Made by a program: the position numbers and the translations under genes. A model generated the notes under the pieces. The model had not been told where the DNA came from. It was given only the letters and a program-made list of their open reading frames with translations, and did not search any database. DNA of 64,000 nucleotides from Mobula hypostoma (taxonomy: Eukaryota): the NCBI RefSeq assembly GCF_963921235.1, contig NC_086097.1, positions 73,162,001 to 73,226,000 of the forward strand, given 5' to 3'. Position 1 is the first letter of the stretch; each line of letters opens with the position of its first letter. Shown here one piece after another: positions 39,205-49,823 of the stretch.

Positions 39205-40382
39205 CAGCGGTCCCCAACCACCGGGCTGCAAAGCATGTGCTACCGGGCCGCGAGGAAATGATTTGGCGATATGAGTCAGCTGCACCTTTCCTCATTCCCT
39301 GTCACGCACTGTTGAGCTGAACGCACGCGAGGTCATTACCCGCATGTCATCCATGTCAGCGCGGGAAGGAGATCAACTCCTCGAGCTTGCAAATGACAGT
39401 GGGCTGAAAAGTATGTTTGACATAACATCTCTGCCGGCATTTTGGATCAAATTAAGGCTGAATATCCTGAGATAGCCATGAAAGCACTGAAAACGTTGCT
39501 TCCATTTCCAACATATCTCTGCAATGAATGCAACGAAAACTAAATTGCGAAATAGACTGGACATAATGGAACCCCCTTTGAGTATCACTGTCTCCCATCA
39601 CCCTTCGATGGCACCGTCTTGTTGCAGGAAAACAAGCCCAGGGCTCCCACTGATTCAACGATATTGGTGTGTTGCAATGATTTTATATGTTCATATGGGG
39701 AAAATATGTGCTGTGTGTTTAATATCCCAATGTTACCTAAAATGTTATGATGCTAGTGATTTATATAACCATATAACAATTACAGCACGGAAACAGGCGA
39801 TCTCGGCCCTTCTAGTCCGTGCCGAACACTTACTCTCACCTAGTCCCACCGACCTGCGCTCAGCCCACGACCCTCCATTCCTTTCCTGTCCGTATACCTA
39901 TCCAATTTTTTTTTAAATGATAATATTGAACCTGCCTCTACTGGAAGTTCGTTCAACATTTACTTCAAGCTCCCCTGTCCTTCCCTGATAATTGACTATC
40001 ACTATATTCATGCGAGGAAAATGTGCGCTGTGTGTTTAATATTAAATTCGTTAGATAAACCATTTTAGAAATGAAATTGAGTGCATTAGCCACTTATCAC
40101 CTATATTTTGGTCGTGATTAACACCCACCCCCAAACAGAATCGCCAAAAATGATTTGTAGAAAAAAATCGGCACATACACGCATGTACACACAGGTGCCC
40201 GCGCAAGGCTTCATGGTCATGGTAGTCTTTCTCAGGGTAAACACAACGTATTTGACTGCTATTCTTGTCTGTTGGCAATCCTTACCCACCCCCCCCCCCC
40301 CCCACCGGTCGGTCGGCCAGTCCGCAAGAATATTGTCAATATTAAACCGGTCCGCAGTGCAAAAAAGGGTTGGGGACCCCTG
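39205..40382 (+). mobile_element. hAT-Charlie/Buster non-autonomous element
   Basis: TIR CAG(C/G)GGTCCCCAACC; perfect 8-bp TSD CAATACAG; dimerisation-domain remnant SLPAFWIK..AEYPEIAMKALKTLLPFP..ATKTKLRNRLD. Confidence 0.93.
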
Positions 40383-40456
40383 CAATACAGGTATCCTGGT
40401 ACAGAAGGAAAGCTGTCCTTTACTTAAAGCATTTTAATGTCACATTTTATTTACAG

Positions 40457-40606
40457 AATTTTGACAAAAAAGGCAGTATGGTCTTTGTTTCCATTGAGCA
40501 TTTTGTTCTCATGGATGCTGCTCATAAAATACACAAGTGTCCCAGCCACTTTCCCCTTAAAAATCCAATTCAGCTTTTCTCCAAAGTAACGTTCTCTTCT
40601 AGACAG
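40457..40606 (+). CDS. Candidate host exon, NFDKKGSMVFVSIEHFVLMDAAHKIHKCPSHFPLKNPIQLFSKVTFSSRQ
   Basis: TTTTATTTACAG acceptor; CAG|GTGAGG donor; 150 nt open, phase 0 to 0. Confidence 0.45.
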
Positions 40607-40964
40607 GTGAGGAATTATTACAAAGATTGAAATTCTTATAAAATGGAAATGTTAACACTGGTACCATTCTACAGAGTAAAGGCTATATTGGATGATTGAC
40701 CTCATGATCTAGCACCAGACTAGACCTAATTGTACAATATTGAATTTGCTCCCTATTGATGTCATCAGATTGAATTATCTGTCTGTAACTCCAAATGATT
40801 TGACTGTTCTACAGGCTGCAATTCTACTGCAAGCAATACCCTGTGCAAACAATTGGGATAGACAAGTTTATTGTCATGGACATACAGTACATATCTAGGT
40901 ATAAATTCTATGAAAATTAACTTTTTGTTGCAGTAGCACAATACATTACAAAATGACAAACGTG

Positions 40965-42610
40965 AGAATCAGAATCAGGTTTAATGTCACTGAAATATGT
41001 TGTGAAATTTGTTTTGCCGCTGCAGTGCAATGCATAATAACAAAAAAACCAAATTACAATAAAAAAAATATTAGATTAAATAAGTAGTGCAGCGAGAGAG
41101 CAAAAAAAGGTGAGGTAGTGTACATGGGTTCATTGACCATTCAGAAATCTGATGGCGGAGGGGAAGCTGTTCCTGAATTGTTGGGTGTGTGTCTTCACTC
41201 TCCTGTACCACCACCTTGATGGGAGCAATGAGAATAGAATAGAATATCTCTATTGTCATTGTTGTGGAGCAATGAAACACAGTTTAGCAGCTCAACGTTT
41301 TGCAGCATGACAAAGAATATATACATGAAATAAACTCTAAAACCTCAGGAATGCAGTCCAAAATTAATAATATATGGATTGGGGGGTAGGACTATTGCAC
41401 ACCTGCCATTCCTGGAAGTGTGATGCATTTAGCTGCCGCCGTCTTAGCAGGGGGGCAGGAGAAGGGAAGGAGGTGTTATACATTTCACTGCTTGTGGGTA
41501 GAAGCTGTTAAGGAGTCTCTTTGTTTTCGTCCTTAATGCTCTGTATCTCTTTCCAGAAGGTAGAGGGGAAAACAGGTGATGTCCAGGATGAGTGGGATCC
41601 TTTGAAATACAAGTAGCCTTCTTTTGAAGTCTGCCAGTATAAATGTCTCTGAGGAAGGGTAATGTTTTACCAATAACCCGCTCTGCTACCCTCACCACCA
41701 GCTGCAAGTCCTTCCTGTTCTGTTCTGTGCAGCTGGCAAACCACACTGCACAGCAATACGTCAGGAGGCCCTCTATAGTTGTCCAATAGAAGTTGATCAG
41801 CAGGTGATGAGGGAGGAGAGCGTGCTTTAGCTTCCTTAGGAAGTAGAGCCTCTGTTGGGCCTTCCCCACCTGATAAGAGATGTGGGCAGTCCAGGTGAGG
41901 TCAGCCGAGATGTGGACGCCGAGGACCTTGAAACTGGAACTTGAAAGAGGTCATGTCCTGGCTGATGGGGGTTCTTAATGATGGATGCTACCTTTTAAAG
42001 TTGTCCTCGATGCTGGCGAGACTAGTACCCATGATGGAGCTGGCTGAGGTTTTGGCAGTCCTTTGCAGTTGCCCCTCCGTACCAGATGGTGATGCAACCA
42101 GTTAGAATGCTCTTCAAACTTCCTAATGAAATATTGTCACTATTGTTCCTTCTTTGCCATTGCATCAAAATGTTGCACCCAGGATAGATCTTCAGAGATG
42201 GTGACACCCAGGAACTTCAAATCGCTCACTGCTAATCTCTCTGAGGACTGGTGTGTGTTACCTTGACTTCTCCTTTCTGAAGTCCACAATCAGTTCCTTG
42301 GTCTTACTGATGTTGAGTGCAAAGTTGTTGTTCTGATACCGCTCAACCCACTGATCTTCCTCACTCCTGCATGCCTCCTCATCACCATCTGAAATTCTGC
42401 CAACAATAATTGTGTCATTGGCAACCTTATAGTTGGCGTTTGAGCTGTGCCTAGCCACATAGTCACGGGTGTAGAGAGAGTAGAGCAGTGGGCTAAGCAC
42501 GCATCCTTGAGCGGGCTAGTGTTCGTTATCGGTGAGGGTGATGTGTTATTAATGATCTGAATTGACTGTGGTCTCCTGACGAGGAAGTCAAGAATCCAGA
42601 TGCAGGAGGA
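40965..42610 (-). mobile_element. Nested Rex1/Babar-type LINEs (younger copy ~41232-41942 inside an older one)
   Basis: KAQQRLYFLRKLK...LPSGKRYR; LSPLLYSLYTRD; (GAATA) tail. Confidence 0.85.
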
Positions 42611-43275
42611 GTTAATATAAACTTAAATTAAGATGTGTTACTTGTAACAACATGACAAATTAAACATAGTGACCTAATGCAAGTTGAGAGAGAAAAATGC
42701 AGTACAGTCTGAGGTCTTCTAAATATAGCTCTTCTGAACTACTCTCGCTGGAATCTGCAGCCTGTAATTTCCCTTTTAAGCAATGTATTTTTTAACCGTC
42801 TTAATGAACAAGGGAATTCAATCTTCTAAAGCGCATGGCAGACTTAACTCTCAAGCTTGTAGGTACACCACCTTTGAAGCGAACAAAGATACGTTGCCAA
42901 GAATGGGAGGAGAGCGAGAGTCCCAGCTACACTGAAACAGCAAGCAATGAAAGTTCCTTTACCCAGCATCTTGTTAGCAAATATGCAGTTGCTGGAGAAC
43001 AAGATTAAGGATCTAAGAGCAAGATTCCTGTATCTGAGGGAAATGAGGGAAATGTGTTTCACAGAGGCAATTCTGGACTCCCTGGATATGTCAATAAGAC
43101 CCGAAGGCTTTTCAGTACACAGGATGGAGTGGACTGCTGATCCAGAAAGCAGGAGGTGTGGGTCTGTGATTCATGATAAACTGTTTGAGGTGCTTGGACA
43201 TGGAGGTTTTGGTCATGTTCCCCTTGACTTGGAGCATCTAACGAATTAACTGCTGACTGTTCTACATAACATGAT

Positions 43276-43482
43276 AGACACAAGAGGTACTGCAATACTG
43301 GAAATCGAGAGCAATACACACAGTGTGTTGGAGAAGCTTAGCAGGTCAGCAGCATCTATGGATGGAAATAAACAGTCGACGTTTCAGGCCAAGAAGAGTC
43401 TCAGTCTGAAACATTGACTGTTTTTCCCATCTGTAGATGCTGCCTGACCTGCTGAGCTCCTCCAGCACACTGTGTGTATTAC
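43276..43482. mobile_element. PLE-derived mini-hairpin insertion
   Basis: Inverted PLE tail arms meeting at hammerhead helix II; TSD-like TCTAC(A/T)T(A/T)ACATGAT. Confidence 0.75.
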
Positions 43483-43663
43483 TCTACTTTACATGATCCT
43501 GACCACAGTTTACATACCATGAAAAACTGATGTTAATCATGCACTTGAGGTATTGAATGCTGTCATCACCAAGCAAGACTTACCCCACCCAATGCATTTC
43601 AAATTATAGTTGGGGACTTCAATCAAGCTTGTTTGAAGAAATCTCTGTCCAATTATTATCAGC

Positions 43664-44506
43664 TGTGACGAGAATACACATAAAATTAAGATGTTTGCTG
43701 GCCTGGGCTAGCATCAGTGGCATCAGCAGTTGGTCTGCCACCTGCCCTCAGGGGAAGGAGAGATAAGGAACAATGGAGCAGCGTCTGGAGATGTGTAATG
43801 AAGGGACGTGGGAGAGAGAGAGCTGTCTGGAGCGGCTCCCCCTTTGAACCCTGAACTGTTTGAAGTGATGGACAGGCGATACCCCAGCAGGGGGATAAAA
43901 AGGGACAGGTTCGCTAAGACAGACACACGCCACCCGAGGTAACGAGACCCTGGAAGTGGTGCGCCTCTCACGAGTGGGTGAGAAGTACCAGACAACGCCC
44001 GGGGTGGAAAGGTACGATCAGCGGGAACCCGGTGTGTGTCCGCCCTTGCCTGGGTGCCGGGTTCACTGCAGAGGATCGACCGCATCTGGAGGAGGGGTCA
44101 CAGTCGGTGACCTCAGGTGACATCACCAAGGACCCGCCCAAAAGTTGCTTGTGAGCAATCTCGCCGGTCTGTGAGTGAAGCCGTTCTGAATGATCAGTTG
44201 TTCCTGTTCTATCTCTCTCTTCCCCCCACGTTGTCCATCGCCATGGCAACGATTACTGCGAACTGAACTTTGAGTCACTTTGAAATTTGGTCATTTACCC
44301 CTAGACAACGATAGAGCTTGATTGATGCTGTTATGTTAATTCTGTGCACATGTGTGTTTATCATCGCTGAACTGTTGCATTTATTATCCTTTCGATTACT
44401 GTGTTGCTTGTTTCTTTAATAAAACTTTCTTAGTTCTAGTACTCCAGACTCCAACTGAGTGATCCATTTCTGCTGGTTTGGCAACCCAGTTACGGGGTAC
44501 GTAACA
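43664..44506 (+). mobile_element. Solo LTR (Gypsy-like), 843 bp
   Basis: TGT...ACA ends; 4-bp TSD CAGC; GATAAAA TATA-like box; AATAAA at ~44418. Confidence 0.9.
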
Positions 44507-45529
44507 CAGCATATAACCTGCAGCACACTCGACCACTGTATGAGATGATTAAAGCATAGCTACTATTCCATGCCTAGACTGGAGTTCATAAAATCTGATC
44601 ACTTGGCTCTGTTTCTCCTACCTGCATACAGCAGAGGCTAAAGAGCAAGGCTCCAGAGATAAGGGCAGTAAAAGTGTTGGTTACAGGAGACAGAGGAGTG
44701 GCTATGGGATTGTCATAGACTTTATAAAAACAGTCATAGATGAGTGTGTCCCACAAAATCATTCAGTCCTCCCCAAATAGAAGTTCAGGATGAACTGTGA
44801 GATCTGGCCCCCAGCAGATTGCAGATCAGAGGTATTCAGGTCCGGTGTCCAAGTAAATTACAAGAGGTCGATGTACGATATCTGGAAGGCCATTTCACTT
44901 GTGAAGTAGCAGTTCTGGCCCAAACTTGAATCACTGAAGGATGCTCGACAGCTGTTGTAGGACTTGAATGCTATTTCTTCTTACAAAGTGAAATTTAGCA
45001 ACATGGGTAACAACAAGGCTTTGTTCCCAGATGAGCTCAATGCCTTCTATGCTCGAATTGACCATCAAAACATGGCAGAACCTTCACTAATTTCCAAAGC
45101 CCCCAATGACCATGTGATTTCAGTCTCTGAGGCTGATGTGAGAGCATCCTTCAGAAGGGTGAACCCATGGAACGCATCCAGTCCAGATGTAATACCTGAT
45201 TGAGTACTAGATCCTCGTGCTGATCAACTGTCTGGAGTGTTTACCAATATCTTTAACCTCTTGCTTTGGCAGTCTGAGGTATCCCCGTGCTTCAAGCAGG
45301 CTTCATGTATATTGGTGCTAATGAAGATCAGGTAACCTGCCTCAATGACTATAGGCAAATAGCACTTCGATCCACTGATGAAGTGCTTCAAGAGGTTGGT
45401 GATGAAACATATTAATTCCTGAATGAGAAGTGACTTGGATCCACTCCTATTTCCTACACAACAGACGCCACGTAACTCTAGAACATCTGGACAGCACAAT
45501 GATGCAGATATTGCAATGCTCTTAATTGA

Positions 45530-45830
45530 TTAGGGATCCGTTAGTCTCGTGAGACCATGGATTTGCGCCTTGGAAGGTTTCCAGGGCGCAGGCCTGGGCA
45601 AGGTTGTATGGAAGACCGGCACTTGCCCATGCTGCAAGTCTCCCCTCTCCACGTAACCAATGTTGTCCAAGGGAAGGGCACTAGGGCCGATACAACTTGG
45701 CACCAGTGTCATCGCAGAGCAATGTGTGGTTAAGTACCTTGCTCAAGGACACAACATGCTGCCTCAGCTGAGGCTCAAACTAGCGACCTTCAGATCACTA
45801 GACCAATGCCTTAACCACTTGGCCACGCGC
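45530..45830 (-). mobile_element. tRNA-derived SINE with a CORE-like segment
   Basis: Minus strand: A box TGGCCAAGTGG; B-like AGTTTGAGCC; GTGTCCTTGAGCAAGGTACTTAACC. Confidence 0.75.
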
Positions 45831-46751
45831 AGCTGGGCATTCAATACTATCATCCCTTCAAAACTAACCAATAAGTTTTATGATCGTGGCCTCAACACCA
45901 CCTTGTGCAATTGGATCCTCTTTCCTCACTTGCAGACACCAATCACTTCAGATTGGCAATGACATCTTCCATGATTGCCATCAGCACAGGGGAACCACAA
46001 GGATGAATGTTTAGCCCCCTTCTCTACTTGTTTTCTACTTATGACTGTGAGGCTAAGGATAGCTTCAGGGCCATACTTAGCTTTGCTAGTGACACCACTA
46101 TTACTGGCCAAATCAAAGGTGGTGACAAATCATCATATAGAAGTGAGATTGAAAAACTCACAACAACAACCTCTCGCTCAATGTCAGCAAGAGCAAGGAG
46201 CTGATTATTGACCAGGAGGAGGAAACTGGTGGTCTATGAGCCAGTTCTCATCAGAGCATCAGATGTGCAGAGGGTCAGCAACTTTAAATTTCTTGATGTT
46301 GTCATTTCAGGGGGTCTGTCCCTGTGCCAGCACTTAAGTGCAATTGCAAAGAAAGCATGGCAGTGCCTTTACTTCCTTAGAAGTTTGTCAAGATTCGGCA
46401 TGACATTTAAAACTTTGGCAAACTTCTGTAGATGCATGCTGGAGAGTATAGTTACTGGTTGCATCATAGCCTGGTATGGAAACCCCAATACCCTTGAACA
46501 AAAAATCCTACAAGAAGTATTGGATATGGCCAGTCCATTACATGTAGAGCCCTCCCCACCATTAAGCACATTTTCACAGGGCGCTGTTGCAGGAAAGCAG
46601 CATCCATCAAGGGACCGCCACCACCCAGACAATGCTCTGTTCTCACTGCTGTCATCAGGAAGAAGGTAAAGGAGCCTTGAGGCTTGCACCACCAAGTTCA
46701 GGAACAGTTATTATCCTTCAACCATCAAGCTCTTGAAGCAAAGTGTTTAAC

Positions 46752-49450
46752 TTAACCAACCACTGAGTTAAGACTCACTGGTCTATAATTCCCTGGGCTA
46801 TCTCTACTCCCTTTCTTGAGTAAGGGAACAACATCTGCAACCCTCCAATCCTCTGTAACCTCTCCCGTCCCCACTGATAATGCAAAGATCATCGCCAGAG
46901 GCTCAGCCATCACCTCCCTCGCCTCCCACAGTAGCCTAGGGTACATCTCATCTGGTCCCGGCGACTTATACAACTTGATGCTTTCCAAAAGCTCCAGTAC
47001 ATCCTCTTTCTTAATATTTACATGCTCAAGTTTTTCAGTCTACTGGAGTCATCACTACAATCACCAAGATCCTTTTCCATAGTGAATACTGAAGTAAAAT
47101 ATTCATTAAGTACCTCTGATATTTCCTCCGGTTCCATACATACTTCCCCATTGTCACACTTGATAGGTCCTATTCTTTCACGTCTTATCCTTTTGCTCTT
47201 CACATATTTGTAGAATGCTTTGGGGTTTTCCTTAATCCTGCCCGCCAAGGCTTTCTCATGGCCCCTTCTGGCAATCCTAATTTCCTTCTTAAGCTCCTTC
47301 CTATTAGCCTTATAATCTTCCAGATCTCTAACATTACCTAGCTCTCTGAACCTTTTCTAAGCTTTTCTTTTCTTCTTGACTAGATTTATTACAGCTTTTG
47401 TACACCACGGTTCCTGTACCCTACCATAACTTCCCTGTCTCATTGCAACGTACCTATGCAGAACTGCACACAAATATCCTCTGAACATTTGCCACATTTC
47501 TCCTGAACATCTGTTTCCAATTTAAGCTTCCAATTTCCTGCCTGATAGCCTCATAATTCCCCTTACTCCAATTAAACACATTTCTAATTTGTCTGTTCCT
47601 ATCTCTCTCCAATGCTATTGTAAAGGAGATAGAATTATGATCACTATCTCCAAAATGCTCTCCCACTAAGAGATCTGACACCTGACCAGGTTCATTTCCC
47701 AATACCAAATCAAGTACAACCTCTCCTTTTGTTGGCTTATCGACATATTATGTCAAGAAACCTTCCTGAACACACCTAACAAACTCCATCTAAACCTCTT
47801 GCTCTAGGGAGAAGCCAATTGATATTTGGGAAATTAAAATCTCCCATCACGACAACTATTATTATTACACCTTTCCAGGATCTGTTTCCCTATCTGCTCC
47901 TCGATATCCCTGTTACTATTGGGCAGCCTATAAAAAACACCCAGTAAAGTTACTGACCCCCTCCTGTTCCTAACCTCCACCCAGAGAGACTCTGTAGGCA
48001 ATCCCTCCATGGCATCCACCTTTTCTGCAGCCATGACACGATCTCTGATCAACAGTGCCACGCCCCCACCTCTTTTGCCTCCCTCCCTGTCCTTTCTGAA
48101 ACATCTAAAACCCAGCACTTGAAGTAACCATTCCTGTTCCTGAGCCATCCAAGTCTCTGTAATGGCCACCACATCATATCTCTAAGTACTGATCCACGCT
48201 CTAAGCTCATCCAGCTTTGTTCACAACTCTCCTTGTGTTAAAATAGATGCATCTCAAACCTTCGGTCTGAGCGCATCCCTTCTCTATCACCTGCTTATCC
48301 TCCCTCTTGCACTGTCTGCAAGCTTTCTCTATTTGTGAGCCAACCGCCTCTTCCCCAGTCTCTTCAGTTCAGTTCCCACCCCCCAACAATTCTAGTTTAA
48401 ACTCTTCCCAGTAGCCTTAGCAAACCTCCCCGCCAGGATATTGGTCCCCCTGGGATTCAAGTGCAACCCATCCTTTTTGTACAGGTCACACCTGCCCCAA
48501 AAGAAGTTCCAATGATCCAGAAATCTGAATCCCTGCTCCCTGCTCCAATCCCTCAGCCACACATTTATCCTCCACCTCATTCTATTCCTATTCTCAGTAT
48601 TGCATGGCACAGGCAGTAATCCCGAGATTACTACCTTTGTGGTCCTGCTTCTCAACTTTCTAACTCCCTAACTCCCTGTACTCTTTTTTTTTTCCAGGAC
48701 CTCTTCCCTTTTCCTACCTATGTCATTGGTACCAATATGTGCCACGACCTCGGGCTGTTTTCACTCCCACTTCAGGATATCTTGGACGCGATCTGAAACA
48801 TCCCGGACCCTGGCACCTGGAATGCAAACTACCATCCGAGTTTCTTTCCTGCATCCACAGAATCGCCTGTCTGATCCCCTAACTAACTGTCCCCTATTAC
48901 TACTTCCTTCCTCTTCCTTTCTCTACTCTTCTGAGCCACAGGGCCAGACTCTGTGCCAGAGGCACGGCCACTGTCGCATCCTCCAGGTAGGCTGTTCTTC
49001 TCCCCCCTCCCCAACAGTGCTCAAACAGGAGTACTTATTGTCAAGGGGTACAGCCACAGGGGTACTCTCTAGTACCTGACTCTTCCCCTTCCCCTTCCCC
49101 TTCCCCTTCCTGACTGTGATTCACTTGTGTGTCTCCTGTGGCCCTGGTGTGACCACCTGCCTATAACTCCTTTCTATCACCTCCTTGCTCTTCCTGATCA
49201 GATGAAGGTCATCGAGCTGCATCTCCAGTTCCCTCATTCGGTTCCTTAGGAGCTGCAGCTCAACACACCTGGTGCAGATATGGCCGTCTGGGAGGCTGGG
49301 AGACTCCACGACCTCCCACGTCTGACACTGAGCAATGAAAACTGGCCTCTCACACATACTTCCTCCTTTCCGCAATTAACACAGGTAAAGCTACCTCGTT
49401 TTGTCCCATTACCACCTAAGCCCATTGAGCCAAAGCCCTATCATTTTGCT
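46752..49450 (-). mobile_element. CR1 5' half: ORF1 (zinc finger/leucine zipper plus SGNH esterase) and ORF2 endonuclease
   Basis: CQTW...CTRCVELQLL; VVISGLLPVP...DGLHLN; VAITETW, GVFYRLPN, SDHN. Confidence 0.92.
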
Positions 49451-49823
49451 GCCTCTCACTCCACTGCCTGAGCTGTTGTGACTAGCTTAGAGATCTTGAC
49501 ACCTAGGAACTTAAAATCGCTTACTCTCTCTACTTCTGATCCCTCTGAGGATTGGTTTGTGTTCCCTTGACCTCCCCTTTCTGAAGTCCAGAATCAACCT
49601 TTAAATCTTACTGACGCTGAGTGCAATGTATCGATGTACATATATGTACTTTGATAACAAATTTACATTGAACTTTGTAGAGTTCGCTTTTTTTCAGGGT
49701 GGTTCAATATACTGATGGCATTGGGAAAGAAACAGAATTTGATCTCTGAGTGTGGGTCTTCAAGCTACTATACCATGTGCCTGATGGCTGCTTTCAAGAA
49801 GAGACAACGCAGATCTTTAATGA

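Larger units (their letters stand above)
42830..46750 (+). mobile_element. Long decayed Rex1/Babar-type LINE (EN to RT to C-terminus) hosting three nested insertions
   Basis: LPSILLANMQLLENK; PDELNAFYAR; FKFLDV; LYFLRSLSRFG. Confidence 0.85.
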
